The translations under genes were made by a program, and so were the position numbers. Below the pieces are notes generated by a model that was not told the origin of the DNA, ran no database searches, and saw nothing but the letters and a program-made list of their open reading frames with translations. Shown piece after piece: positions 13,772-40,775 of a stretch of DNA of 64,000 bases. Source of the DNA: Balanoglossus misakiensis (lineage: Eukaryota > Animalia > Hemichordata); NCBI GenBank assembly GCA_040954595.2, contig CM082582.2, positions 9,539,483 through 9,603,482 of the forward strand, in the 5' to 3' direction. How positions within the stretch are numbered: position 1 is the first letter of the stretch; each line of letters opens with the position of its first letter.

Positions 13772-16700
13772 ATGGCTGAACAGACGATGTCGGAGCAGAT
13801 CCGAAGCGCCAAGTTCTGGCGAGGCGTTGTCGGGGAGTTCACGGCCACCCTAATTTTCGTCTTCGTCGGAATCCTGTCGACTATCTACGCCAAGGGCGAC
13901 GACGACGCCAGCTTTCTGAAGATCGCCTTCTGCTTCGGCCTGGCCATCGCCACCCTGGTGCAGTGCTTCGGCCACATCAGCGGGGCCCACATCAACCCGG
14001 CCGTCACTCTGGGTCTGATGTGCGTGAGGAAAGTCACCCTGCTGACAACGCTTCTCTACATCCTCTTCCAGTGCCTGGGCGCGGTGACCGGCGCGGCCCT
14101 CGTCTACGCCTTCATCCCCCCTGGCGACCGGGGTGGACTCGGAGTGACTGGGCTGACCGGCGTATCCGCCTGGCAAGGCTTCTTCATCGAGCTGATCATC
14201 AGCTTCCAGCTCGTCTTCACCATTTTTGCCACCACCGATGACCGCCGCAAAGACCTGGCTGGATCCGCATCCCTGTCCATCGGCATTTCCGTCCTCCTCG
14301 GACATTTGGCAGCGGTAAGCAAATCGTTTCTTTTTATGCACACGGAGCCGGGGATGTCTTTAAGATGGATAGAAGCATTAACATGGAAGAGTATTACCTA
14401 TTTCCCAGGCACCTAATAATTTGGATGAATACCCAATGTTTCAAGTTTCGACACCTATTACCCAGAATGCTATAAATGGCGTACACTCGTGTCATCCAAA
14501 TCCTTGTTGCTCTGCGATGCAATTATATAGAAGTCGATCAAAACCGTTTGAGGAGACCTGGCTCTGACTATATTCACAAAATCTGACGTGTTTTATACAT
14601 TAAAATATCCTCGTAGACTGAGTCATCACGCATCGAAAACACGCGAAGGCTTCTTCAATCTAAAGATGTCGCAAAACTGCAACCTACTTTGCGGCAACAC
14701 TTCTCTGCCAGCAGTGTTCACTCGCGCACCTGTCATAGCTAGGGGTGTGATATGTAAAATAGATTAAAATAAATTAGGGGGACTAATTGAAAATTGATCG
14801 ATTGAAAACACCTATTATAAACACGTCATTGCAGAAGATAAGGAAAGCGAATATCCTGTGGAGAACGTGCTGTACTGTGACTAGAACAAAAATGCTGAGT
14901 TTGACGCCAGAATTCGGCTATTGGATGACAAACATAAAATACCGTCGCACCCAATTATTTCAGGAAACGATTGTTTGTGACATCGCCATGTTTAATGTCT
15001 TGCCGGTTTAACAGCCTCGCACTGAAGTCTATGCCACAAGGGAGAATATGCATGTTATGCAATGAAAGTGGCGAAATGAACGTAATTTTACGCACCGCGT
15101 CATCGTTGAAATGTGTGCATGCTCTTATTCTGCCGCAGATCCCTACGGATTTAAGATCTGTGCAGGGTTGCGCTAGTCTTCTGGGCGTGGCTGTGTATGA
15201 AAATTGCGAGAAATTGTTGTTACGCATCACGTGACGGCATCTCGGCTAATAAGATGACTAAGATGTCACGCTATTTTATTGAAGATTCCACTTATATGTT
15301 TCAGCCATAACTGAATTCCATTTTGACTATACGTACGTGTGTGAAAAATCTTCAAAAAATCAAATTACTTGCCAATGGACATTTCAACCGTTCACAGCAC
15401 GTGTTTTAAACACAGTCACTTCAATGATGATATCATGAGCACTCATCGGCCTAAGAATTTTAGGCTAGCTGTAATTCATCTCAATCTAAACCAAACATAT
15501 TTTGATAGAATTTAACACCACTAATTTCTGGTATGCTCTGAATAAGCTCAATTCATTTTTGTGGGAAATATTATACATTGTCAGAATATGAAAATGTATC
15601 TTGGCGCTGTGGTATAAGTTTTGACCCCTCCTGATAATATGCATTTGTATGTATTTAGTTGCAATGATGATAACTTTTGTAAGGATTCAACAACGTGTGC
15701 GGCGATGAAATTTCACCCTGGTCATTCGTAGAGGTGTGTAAGACGATAAGCTGCCGATAACACTGCAGTATATGCGATCTCCTGGGTCACAACCGACGTA
15801 GTCCCGCCAATGTGGGCATCGTAAGAAGCGGACCATACATTGCGGGTCAGCGATTACAATAATTAGCACTAATAGAAATTTAAAGTTATGTCTACTCCAT
15901 CGTATTTCGCATAAACAAATTGATGGGAAAAATTGAGCAGACTGAAATAACAATTACTGGCTTTATATGAAAAATTCCCGCATGATTCAGATAACATGAT
16001 CGCTTCGGCTTACAACACACGTGACTCATATCTGACCTGAGGTTGACCCACCGACGTGACCAACCATCCAATTACTCGTGTCGATTTCAATTTAATGTGC
16101 ATCCTATATTTCGCGAATCGGAGGTCACATGGTTGAGAAATAAACATAATCACATGTGGTGATTCTGGGGACGTGTCCCTAATTCTAGGCCGGTAACACG
16201 AGCGGATCAGCGGAAAATTTTCACGTCTTTTTGAGCTGATACCAAGCTGCGATATAGTAATCAGACTGAAACGCTTCTAGACTCGAACGGGTCTCGTACT
16301 TAGCCCTTTTACAGTGTTTTAAGGTATTTTGCGCCTCGAAAAATCAAAACTTGAACCTTTATTCGTTTTTGCGGCGATGTGGCATGTTTTAAGTTTCAGC
16401 CAGACTAGTTTAAAGTTGTGTCGACCGTTGTTGACCCGAATTCCGAACCCTGTGAACTTTGAAGGCATATGACGCGCATAATGCTTATAAATATAGACAG
16501 TTTTACGGGCATTCAAAAGACGTAACGACGGTCGCAAACGCCTTCACGTCTGCTCGGTGTTCTCGACATTTCTTCGCAACATCATGTAATTTTCGTCTGG
16601 ATCAAACACGAATCTTCATTATCCCGCTTGAAAGCACAGAATTGATGACGGTTCTTTTATATACAAAACTTGTATAATACGACCCCTTCCCGAACCAGAT

Positions 16701-19700
16701 CGAAGCTTGCATACAACTGGCCCCCAACTTGGGGCAGTGGGCACCGATTTTTAACGGCTGTTTAGGTCCAACTTTGGTGGATCTGGACCAAAGCATGGTG
16801 GAGAATGTCTGAGAAGGCCGAGTGGCCTGACTCAGCAGTTTACATCATGATTCGGAGAGTTAGGGTAGTTGCAAAGCTGACGTGGATAACATTTGCGCGA
16901 AGAGGTTGGGTGGGGTCTCTCATAAACGTGGTATAAACGCCGTTCTTCGGACGTGAAACAATGCGATTGAGGCCGTTTTCCGACGAAAACTGCGCATGAA
17001 GTCATGTGATGCTAACCTTTCATGACGCAAAAGCGTGATCTACACCGCCAGGCACTGAGTAATATCACTGCGCGAGTGTTCATTCTCAATCTACCGGTGT
17101 GGGCTATCTGTGTTCCGGCACTTGCGGGACATTTCACTCCACACAGGCACCACACTCTCGATTGGCTTGGCTCGCGGCCCTCGTTCGCCAGGAGCCCAAA
17201 GAGGCAATTATGGATTCTTGATAACCCATTACATATAACCCATTATGGCCTACCACTTGAGGGAAGGGGGGGGGGGGGGAAATGTCTCGCTGTGAATCCC
17301 TGGCAGTTTAGGATTCGTACGAAATACGATCAGGCCTCAAATGTGTTGGCAAAAATTGACACATTTTGTGGTTTCAGGGAGATATTTGACTGATTTCGTG
17401 CACAGGAATGCAGCGAGGCTCTATTTTGGGTGTCGGCCAAATTTACAGTTTTTGAAATAAACGTACTAAACATGCTTCTGTATTTCTGTTTCATCGTTGT
17501 TGTTTTTTATTTTATTATCTCTAAAGAGGGAGACTATTTGACGCACTTAAAGTCGTTTGTTTCCAAGGAGGTTACTAAATCAAACCTAGGGTCTCGTTAT
17601 TTTGGGTTCATGCTCGACGCAAGTATCTCATAAACGTCGCTCAGACTGTGTTTGTAGCTTTTACATCTCGAAAATTTGGCAGTTATGCGTCGATTGTAGA
17701 ATCTCAGAGAAAACGGTATTTTTCTAAGGTGATTATGGCTGTGACACTTTGGGTGGAGGGTCAGTAAGCTATAATAATTTACTAGCTAGTATCGGGAAAA
17801 TATCTGTATGTTCGAGTTCGAGCGGAACCAACTCGACATATCATTACGTGATATTGAAATTATTTATAACGATGTCGAGGTTTCAGCGGGGATACAGGCG
17901 CGGATCGACAGTTGATACTGTTCGAATGTTTCATCAAGTGTTGCTCGTAAGTCGAGGGGGTCTCTCGGTTACAATCCGATATCATGCGATACGTTTTTCT
18001 CGTCTCTGACAACTGCCAAAAGTTGCTGTGTGAGGTATTTGACATTTGTATGAATTCGAGAACGTCCGGATAAAAAGCTTTCAAACTTTCGGTCGACCAT
18101 GTGTGGAATGATGGTATGCCATATTTGTACAATCCGCACTGGTTTTGTTGAAATTGAATTAAAGTCCGGTCTATTAATTTCTCAACAATAACATTTTTCT
18201 TAACACATGTAGCCTGAGGCGATGTTCAAGCGCAATACAAAGAATTTTAGCACGCTAAAAGTAGTAAAACAAGAAACTAAAACTGCGGTAGAAAACGGAT
18301 AATTTTGGGTGACGAAAAGTTAAACCGAAATATGAAATGTCTTCTTGGCAGAATTACGAATGTCAAGGACTTTTCTGGAAACAATTCATGTCATGTCACG
18401 GCTCCCCATGTTGTGGTAAACCGACTCCGAAACAAAACGTCCGCAGTGAACATCTGATATACGACGCGCAACAGATCTTGTTGTGATTTGAAATGCGAAG
18501 AAAAGGCCCTGATGCTATCGGGTCAAAGGTCGGCGCGAGGGCTCTCCTTCCCATGACAGCTACCACGCGACAGCTCGGATGAAGAATTATCACGCGAGCA
18601 TTTTACCGTCGCCTGTAAAAGTCAATAAAACGCGGGGATTAGATTAATCGCCCTCTGCACTGTCTTGTCATCTCGAGTATTTTGACCCTGTTCTTCTGGG
18701 GCCTCAGCGAAAGCAGACAGATATTCTGATGTAGCTGCAAGTTTGGACGGATAACACGGATGGGTCGTTTGCAAAAAAGTGCCCGGGAACAGATAATGAT
18801 GGAGATGTCAGCCCAAGGAGAGAAAAAACGTAATTACCCTGGAAAACATCCAGTTAGTTATATAATAAATGTGAAATGGCGTTTTAGAAACACGTTAGTG
18901 ATTAATAGGCTGATACTTTTAATCCCTACGGATAGTAGTGACATTGATGAAAATTACATTTTCTCCCACTCTGCGAACTTTCCGTAACCAAACACAGTTG
19001 AAGGACGGTGAACGCCAATGATATGAACAACTGGAGCAGGCTGTAATAACTGCCGGTATCTATGTATCATAATTGAGTAAATTGTGAGCGGAGACCCGAA
19101 TTAAAAATTTAAATAGACAGAATTGCTGTAAAACACCTTAGATCGGATGATTTCTTTTTCTAATGAAGTTGAATAACCAATCAGCGTGCTTTTCAGTTGG
19201 CTGTAATGACACCTATGATAGTCAGCCTTGTTATAGTGGAAATTGAATTCAACTCGACTAGGATTCCATTGTGTATAATTGCAATGGTCGTTAAACATTT
19301 GCAGGATATGTTGACAAGACGAAAACACCACTGGTTATATTAGCATTCTGATATAAAGGGGACAAGAAATTGCATGCTAAACGCAGGAACTAGAATATTG
19401 AAAAATGGCCAAAAGCTAAGCTAATATTGGGGATCGTGTAAATGACAGCGGCACCCTGGAAAAGCACGACCCCTGGACACGCTTCAAAGCGACAGGCGGG
19501 GTTGTGACAGAAGGCAGTTTCTTTCCAAACATATCGTCGATGAGGAATGATTTGTAAGTCCACGCGTACTCGGACACAATCACATTGCAAGTCCCGTGAA
19601 ATGAAGGAAAAACACCAATAAACGTACCCCACCGACAGTATTGATTTAATAACAAACAAATTCACCGCAATCCGAGGGCGTGGCTGTGTAATTGATTGCA

Positions 19701-21464
19701 TTCTGCGCATACCTCAATAAATTTTACTTATTTTTCGATACGTTTCCCTATTAGGGAAAGGCGGGGGGGGGGGGGGAGTGACACTCTACGTATACTCCCA
19801 ACACTCGTTTATAAGCACTAGAACGTATTAAAAAGCAGGCGTATAGGGCGGAGTAGCTCTCCAGGCTACTGCGTGTATCATGTGTATGTATACTTTCAAC
19901 CTCCCGAGTATTTTTCTGTGGCCATCCTATCCGCCGTTTCCCGCTCCGCCGATGCGGGTTCGAGTTACTCCTAAGAGCTTTACAGATCGGAAAAGTGCCT
20001 CACAGGTCCACATCCGTAAGACTCTTATCTCCAGTGGCAACACGGGAGCATTGCCCTCTCTCCCACACAAAAGCAAAACACCCGCGCCCAGTTTGTTTTC
20101 GCAAAAATCGCCTGGATATAGTTGCGTTAAGTGAGTTTAAAAAATAAACTCCGTGGTTCTCGTCCAGTCGTCTCCGAATTCAGGTCACGGCAGATGTTCC
20201 ACTTTCGGACGGGTGTGAATCTCTGTGTTACTTTACGAGTTCCCGTTTTGTATAATTTTAACGGCAGAACAACTTTTCCACATCTGGCTGAATTGTTATT
20301 AATGCGGTGACTCCCAAACCACATCCTAGACTAAACTCAGACTAAACGAAAAAAAAAAATGGGTCATGGCTTTAAAGGTCCGGAGATTGGATTTGAGAAG
20401 CGCCCTCTACAACCTATAATATTTTTTTCCAGTGTTGTATTCCTTATCGCCGATTAAAAGGCGGAAATCGTGTCTTTTAGTAGTATTGTATAGCGTACAC
20501 CGGCTACCGTTCGTTGACGCCATCCCGGGGGTCAAACATCTATAACCTGTCCAGTAAAACTTCCCCTCTGTGTTTTGAAAACATGTCGGGCATATGCCGT
20601 TGTGACAGAACACTGTTTGGTTGCTGTCTCACGAAATTTGCCAATATTGTAGTTAGGTACAATAAACCACAGATAAAAACATCTACGAGGGGGTCCTAAA
20701 CTCCTGTCAAGTGTATAATGAATATATCATAATTGGTATGTGGTGCGCACGTGTTTGTTTTCACGCGAACCTTGCACCAATACATGCTACGGTAAATCAC
20801 TGACGATTTATAACGAATGTTGTTGCTAGAATTTTTTTCTGTTAAAGAAACAAGGGGAAATAACTGAAATTCCCTTGTGCCCGACAGGAGAAACAGAAAA
20901 TATTTTTTTTCTACATAATTCCCAAGCGACTCGTTGCCCGAGTGGGTAACGAGATGTTTTATAGCAAAAGAACGGCCACAGTCTGGTTCCATATATTGTG
21001 TTATAAATAATCACATTACAATAATTGGTCTGTGTTAACAGGTAAGGCTGACTGGCTCCAGCATGAACCCTGCTCGCTCGTTTGGCCCTGCTCTGGTGAC
21101 GAACAACTGGACCGATCACTGGGTAAGTGCTTCGTATTTAGACCCCTATTTATTATACTGTTTAGCGCATAGTGTATTACAAATCAGGGTGATTGACCTG
21201 AGCCACATCCGGGTATTTTCAGCAAATTGTAAGAACTGCTTTTATATTTGTGCTCTTTAGATCTACTGGGTTGCCCCGATCATCGGCGGCATTCTGGCGG
21301 CAGCGCTGTACGAGTTCGTCTTCGAGCCGAGCGCCAGCGTCCGACGGCTGAAGACGGTGTACACAACGAGCAGCCACCAAAATGTCCCCGTCGACGAGCC
21401 GCCACAGACCGACGATGAAGAAAACGTGGCCATGCGTGAAGTGAACGAGAAAAACGGAAAATGA
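13772..21464 (+). CDS. Classical water-selective aquaporin (AQP1/AQP4-like), 275 aa
   Basis: Exons 13772-14314, 21042-21122 (81 nt) and 21261-21464, all phase 0. Motifs [27 protein letters not shown] and HWIYWVAP; ar/R residues F, H, S, R. Intron 1 is about 6.7 kb. Confidence 0.93.
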
Positions 21465-22484
21465 ATCGCAGAAATGGAGAGGGGTTAAATTCATCATGAT
21501 TAAGCATGATCGCAAATTTCCAGTTAACTTGATTAAGACTTAATATATTGGCCCAAACTTTCAAGCTGTGACGTCAGGCGGTACGGTGGCCGACACTTTA
21601 TCGTCAGTTTTATCTATAAAATTGAAAAAGTCCGAAAATATTCACGTTTTTAATTTGTAATAAAGCAATGAATTTTTACGATTTATGAAACTAAGTGATC
21701 AAATCAGATATTATAAATTGTGAATTCTAATTTGTGATAAGTTTATAAGTTCTAAACTCGAAATAGGTGCGACCTTACAGCTTAAAAGAGTGAGCCACTG
21801 ATTTCATATTAGCAACAAATTGTCGCCTTTATAAAACGTGTTCATGATGGTATCGCTGTAGTTTTCAGAGTTTTTCCAGATATGCCAAATAATATATTAT
21901 GCTTTATGCATGCTATAACGTTAATGTAACTTGGAGACAGTCCGTTTTTAAAATTTGTCATTCTAATGGCTAACAAACAGGGTACGTATATGGGTGGTGT
22001 ACTGTTAGGTGTACATGAAGGTAGTCTGCAATGGATACGACAGTTTTTGTAGATATGACAGGCTGAAGATTATTGTTTCAGTCAAGAATTTATCTAAAGG
22101 CTGGGCGGTATTCCAGTAGTATGCATACTGATAAATACACAATGTGATGAGGAAGTTTTCTTGATGGAGTCACCGTCCCGAGTCACGACACATTGTATAC
22201 TGTGTTAATGTATTGTGATTTTTATCTTTAAAAAATGAAAATTAAAGTTAATCACCAAAGTTTGCATGTTTATAACTTTTTAAAATGTAAACCAATGTCT
22301 ACTGCTGACTTCGCGGTAGATTCAGTTGAAAATGATGTGTAGCACTTATTTTAAAATTCCAAATTTCTTACTGTCTATTATGAAAATGTTCGCCGTTTCC
22401 TTAGGCAACTGATCAGCTGATGGTGGCAGCCATTTTGTTTACAGGGGCATCTTGGGAAAAATACCCACGCGTCATCCATGACGT

Positions 22485-22608
22485 AAACTGCGCCAGTGCA
22501 AAGCTTTGTATTGGTTGAAACTATAGGCATACCATGTACAGTAGAAACTGCGCCAGTGCAAAGCTTTGTATTGGTTGAAACTATAGGCATACCATGTACA
22601 GTAGAAAC
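22485..22608. repeat. Perfect tandem duplication of a 60-bp unit
   Basis: aaactgcgccagtgcaaagctttgtattggttgaaactataggcataccatgtacagtag occurs twice head-to-tail, downstream of the aquaporin stop. Confidence 0.9.
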
Positions 22609-25355
22609 GCATAAATTTGTGTTTAAAAACAAACATCACTCGCCTAAAAGTAAATATTCGATGAATCACTGTTGTAATTTATGGTACCTTCAAGTTCGCG
22701 GTATAAATGACAGGCAGAAGATCGAGTCGGCGACAGGACAAATGTACAAGTTGAAATAATTATTTAACTCTGTCGGCGCCACCAACTCTAACCTTATTTG
22801 TAAATCCGGAAGACCTCGCCCCTTTCCACTTCTAAAATATTGCTACCCGTCTTAAATATCATCCTGGCAGTGATTCAAACACGCTTTCAAAGTGACGCTT
22901 ATGCCACCCGAGAAAGGTGTTGCCGAGTTGGTTTAGGATTTACCATGGATGGTTTCGCGTAGTGGATATTGGGTTGACACTGCTCTATTTACAAGTAGAA
23001 TTACGTCAGGATGTTTCGCCCAGTAGGCGATACGTCACTCAGGCTGTCCGAAGCCGACACGGCAGCATTTTTCCTCACACAGAACGCGTATCAGTCCTTA
23101 CGGACAGCAAGGGGACAATTAAAATCGCGCAGGGCTAGAAAGCGGCCACACCCACTTACCAAGAACGCACGGTCCGGGAAGTCACAGACGTGTTGGACCG
23201 GACGGGAGGAGCATACGCTCCGGCTCCACTCACAAGGAACATGAAACAGTCGTCCTGAAACTCGCCCTGTGTTCTTAAATCATGACGCCTTTCCCTTCAA
23301 AAAAGAAAAGAAAAAGAATACATATCACGTACCTTCACACACCACATATGCCTAAAAAGTCTCCTGATTTTCAAGTTGTTTCTATATCTTTCGTAAATCT
23401 GGACAAAATACGTACGTATATTTTTCTCTACGAAATTCATGCCTTTGAACCTGCCGTATGCTCACTTGTTGGATGTTGGTAGACAACTTGTAGCAGTGGC
23501 AGTTTCTTTCGACATAGAGTCCTTCAAATTTTCCCTAGGCTGGGGAATTCTCCAAAATCCTTACGCTGGAAAACCCAGTCATCCTCGCCAGCCTCTTCGT
23601 GTTTTCTGCTTCATTTATTGTCGTCCGACACGATGCTTTCACCGTTGCAATGGCGGCGAGACGAACGGAAGTAGCGAGAACAAATGTGTGAAAGCACCTG
23701 GCGAAGCTAAGCACTGCTATTGGCCACCCTCGGACCAATGGAAACGTCTATACGACCGACAACGTTCCAATAGTTAAATGGCTGACACTGACTGCAGGAA
23801 AACAGTTTGTGATTGGTCATGTTTTACACCAGGTGTAACGTGTTGACTATATGTCACGCGAAATTGAATCCGAAACCCAAGCTGTATCCGAAACCGAGGT
23901 CCCATGCACGGTTCTGGAAATTCCACTCGCTCAAGTAACATAACGCTTTCTCACGCCCGGAGCCTGAAGTAGAAAAGTCTAAAGAATATCATCACAATTC
24001 CCACAACAGGGCTAGATTTTGAGGATAGTGGAAATAAAGAAAATATTGTTCACAGAAAGAATTTTTCTCACCTTTTCCGCTGTGGTAGCTTGAAACGTCT
24101 TTTAAGATAATAATATTGTACTATACGTAAACGTATATAAACTCACCACTGTATTGTAATCATTGACGTTAAGAATGCTTTACATTAGGTAATGTTTTTT
24201 CCTCCACTTACAGCTATTTTTTCTAGAAGTATTTAAAAGTATCGATATATAATATTAATTATAATATCAAGTTGCACGCTGTCGATGAGATATTTCATTC
24301 GCGAAATAAAATGTTTCTGGAATATGTGATGTTGTTGTCATTTCTGCTATGTATAATTATAATACCAAACCAAAATGAACTGTACATGTAGAAAAAAATA
24401 AAATATGCAATTGCTGTGCATAATAAGTACCTGATAGCGTGTGATATAGGATACGAATCTTCATAAAAAATAACATTTTTATTGTCAGTGTAACCATGTC
24501 AGGAATTTGTTATGAATTACTCTGATATAAAATAATTCATGATTAATAAATATATTAAAAAGTATCATAAGACTTCCCTCCTGAAATGAATACATCACAG
24601 TGTTTGATGAATCAAACATGTCTGAGACGGCAGACATGTCGGGAAGAAGTTAATTCCTTACCATTATATAATCATCGAAATCCTCATGATTTAATTATGA
24701 GATGAACACATCTTTAAAATAACAGTTCAAAACACGAACGTCGACCACAGTACTGAATCATTTAAAGAGTTAATTATCACGTATCTGTATAAACCACACC
24801 CACAGGATGAACATTCTGAATATTAATATAAAACGGTATGACGTCATGTCTTTCAAGCAGAGAACATATTCCAATATATGAGACAGTATGACGTCACTAG
24901 CCCTGTTGACTATGATAATGCAACATTCCACTGGGTGGAACTATACGGGCATTTCTGACTGTGAAATAAATGAGAAATTCGGGACCAAAGCATATTATAA
25001 AAAAATATGAAATAGATTTTTTTAAACTTTTGACAGCTTCGGGAAATGGAAGGACACTCAAATTTCAGATAAACTCGGATGAACGGTCTTTGAAATAGAA
25101 ATGTATAAAAATAACTGACGTGTTTGAAATTTACGAAAAAAATGCCAACCTTATCTAGATGATAGAGTTACACTCTTATGTTTATACTCCTAAAAAACTG
25201 AGTTGCTCTAGTTATCATAGAGTAGGATTACACGGCTTGTGAACGCAGAGATTCAGGCGAGTGTGTTAAAATCACCAATCCGAACTTGACTGTCTTCAGT
25301 CCCAGACGGACAGCCTATAAACTGTCGCTGGGGGCGTTCTGAAGGCCTCGACGGA

Positions 25356-32057
<6,702 letters not shown>

Positions 32058-32592
32058 TTTCTACCACACCACGAGTGCCTCGTCGTCGTATTATTACAAA
32101 TTGAGCCACGGTCGCCTCTCGCTTCGTGTGTATAGTCACACGTAACAGCGTAATACGGTGTACGCGTCCGCTGTAAGCTAGAGTCAACAGGTGGTTGCGC
32201 GTTAGCTAGCCAATCGGACCTCTTGTTTCTCAAGTACCAGGCTCTATGCCAAAGTTGTATATTTCGCTGTCGTAAAACAGTACCGTTTATGAAGGTTGCC
32301 AATAAAGATCTCCGCTTCTTGGGCCTAACGCTACACTCTTATTACTGTAGAGTGTTCGACTGGATGAACTCAAAGGTCACTTGTGTCGTTGCATTATGGG
32401 ACAGACAACGACCTACGTGTGGCATGTTTACATGTATATATACATATTCAAATCCAAGACGTCAACATACCAATGTTGGCAACGTCAATCATATTTAACT
32501 TACTTATGATTGTACACGTTTTTAAAAAGCGCGGCGAGTCCCACCCTTTCTCTGTAGGTTAAGTTAACAAGTGCTTAATTTAAAGAACAAAA

Positions 32593-32736
32593 GGAATCCC
32601 CGATACTAATTAAACCACAGTGTGATCGACCTCAGTGCAATAAAACATAGAGTCTATGATAGGGTCATGGTCAGTGATTCTGCACGTAAATCGCGGCAGG
32701 AAATTTCCTCGTATTAGTCACAACGGGGAATTTCCC
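32593..32736. promoter_or_regulatory. Cluster of NF-kB-like sites upstream of copine-1
   Basis: GGGAATTTCC at 32726-32735 fits GGGRNWYYCC. Also GGAAATTTCC at 32699-32708 and GGAATCCCC at 32593-32601. All lie 540-680 bp upstream of the ATG. Confidence 0.4.
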
Positions 32737-34107
32737 GGTTGAGTCGAAGACTCGTGGGTTCACAATTATGTGACGTGTAAGGGGACAGAAGGGTGAATAT
32801 CATTTGATATCCCATCGAAAACTTTAAATACAACCGCAAAGTCTCATTTATATGAGTAAACCGCGTACCACTGTTGTCAAGTGTTGTTACGTTCTCTCTG
32901 TTGAGCCCCCCCCCCCCCCTCCCGCGTCTCAAGCAATAATGTAAAACGGCAAACAGTATCTTGACGTAGGTGTTGGTAAGTCAGGAAAACACGGGCATTC
33001 TTAGAAATATACCTACTTAAATTCCTCCCTTAAACTTGCACATCCGGGTACCATTGTTTCCACTTTTCTTCTGTACGTGTGTGCACGTGTGACCCGTCAA
33101 CGTTGTCCGGTTTGTTCTGGTTGCGGTACGTCCGATTTTTGTGTGTTCAGAAACACCACTCTGAAATCACCACACATTTCACTGACACCCCAAGTTATCA
33201 AATACATTTTTATTCATATTACGAGAACCTTTGTTACTATGGTTACAGAGGTAATAATACACTCAGAACTTCCCTGAAAGCCCGTTTAGAGTTGGTACAG
33301 AGGCAATTAATTCATCAGAACCTGAGATAGAAAGAAGGACACTGGATGCAGACGTAGACGTATAAAAGAAATGTATAAAAATGTAGGTGTACATACCGGG
33401 TAACATAAATATTACATTGGTTATGATAACTCTGAAAATTTATACCAGGAATGCACAGACAACTTCACAAGATTCATCAGCGTAGTGTTGGTCTGAGATT
33501 ATTTACATATTTCTATTAACATAATGATTTTTTCCTCTCATTTAAAACCTAATATAAATATCACATTGCAATACATATTTAAGCACCATTGAATATTATC
33601 CAAAATCATCATGGTCTTAGAAAGAAATTTCCAGAGGAAGTTTCCAAACATGGTAGTAGATCTAGTAACAGTGTAAAGAGGCAAATAAACTAACAGGTTA
33701 GGGGGTCTTCAGCAACATCTTAATACTGGGGTTGGGATCTAGTGACAACACATCACACAAGTATGTTTAAAAATCTTGGTACAAATACTGTTCTACTAAA
33801 ATAGTGTCTAACACTACCAGCTGCCTCTTAACTTGTTTTAAAAAAATCGAATTCTTCTCTGAAATGATCATGGAGTAAATGTGTCACCTAAATGCAAACC
33901 CCCTAGTACAGTTAAATAGTTCAACACACTTTCTGCTGCTTTTACACAAGTTATAGGCAATACCAGAAATCTTGAAAGTTTTACTGGCATTTTTTTCCTG
34001 TGCTGAAGTTTTGGTGGGCATATACGTCTGCAGGAAAAGAATCACACTTCCCTCTCTTCCCCCCTCTTTTTCGACTGACATAACCTACACTTGCGGACAA
34101 AAATTCC

Positions 34108-39557
<5,450 letters not shown>

Positions 39558-40526
39558 CGCGACTCTACTGCTACCTCTACAAGTCTGAGAGCACCGTTTC
39601 AAAACAACCAAACCCAGAGACACTTCCTGTTTATATGCCGAACGGCATGACGGGAATTTCGCAATTCGAGTGGAAAAATCCTTTCGGCTGGCGATGATTC
39701 AGAGTCAGGAGGCTTTAATCAATTATTACTTGCAATTTCATAGAATCATACCATACTTTCTCGCGAATACCATTCACCTCGTTGCCGTATAAGCAATACA
39801 CACGTAGTTCAAACCCAAACATGTATGCGCTAGGCCTATAAGATAGGGATTACATGTACTGTGTAAAGATATCAGTCCCTCGGCCCCAAATCCAATTATC
39901 TCATTCTTGTCTTTTACGTTTGTATGATAAAAATTAAGTCAACTATTTCTTTCTGGTGATGACGAAAACGATAGAGTGACCAATCGTTATCGTTGGTGGC
40001 GTTATCACGCTGTCTCCGAGCCGCGAGCACTGAATTTATTTCGTGCGATGTCTTTGATTTAGCAGCCAAATGTGATGGCAAGATTGTGTACAAGTTTTAC
40101 CAGCAGAGTTGATCTAATGCATTGGCAGATTAAAGATGCAAGGGAATACGTCGCCGCAACTTATTTATGGTGCATCGCTTTACCATGAACTGCATTGTGT
40201 GTCTATTCAGAGGTTACGTTAGAAAAAAAGGCTGCAAATCCCCGTTTTGATGTTTAGGTTATTTACATATGGTCTTGCCAGTCTGTGATCTATACCGTTT
40301 GAAATTAATCACAAGTGATAAAAATCACGCATTTGGAGTTTATTTCCATATATGGAAATGTAGCAGTAAGTATGCACCTGTATTTTGCATACGTTTGACG
40401 ACAGAGGATATTTATAGACCCGTGAAGAAAATAGCCTGCCATGAGAGGACAGTCATTGCTTACAATTGCAATTAGGCAGGAATCTAGGTGGCGTATACGC
40501 ACTGTTGTATGTTCTTATGATAACCA

Positions 40527-40537
40527 GGGAATTTCCC
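40527..40537 (+). promoter_or_regulatory. Consensus NF-kB site upstream of receptor 1
   Basis: GGGAATTTCCC about 240 bp upstream of ATG 40776. Confidence 0.5.
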
Positions 40538-40775
40538 TCACATGCCCGTTTCCTATCACGTGACCCATTTCGAAACATCATTTTTGTTTTGACCAAGTAT
40601 TTCGCATCTATACTTCTCAAGCCGCAAGACGTTATATGCTCTGTCTTAAAATAATGTACGTGGACAATAACTTTTGCTGATATTATCGAAACACAAAGGA
40701 TTCACGGTGAACACTGTTCTGCTAAGAACGCTACTTTTCCAAAGAAAGTCTCAACTTTGGAATTTCTCGGAAAGG

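Noticed and set aside
14315-21041. Possible transposon or nested gene in the 6.7-kb aquaporin intron
   Set aside because: No ORF with transposase or reverse-transcriptase motifs and no terminal repeats recognised; a species repeat library would be needed.
21462-21480. AQP4-style stop-codon readthrough
   Set aside because: The context is TGA ATC G, not the TGA CTAG readthrough motif.
22485-22608. 60-bp duplication and other short direct repeats as possible CRISPR or transposon ends
   Set aside because: Eukaryotic context, only two copies, and no spacers, terminal inverted repeats or transposase seen.
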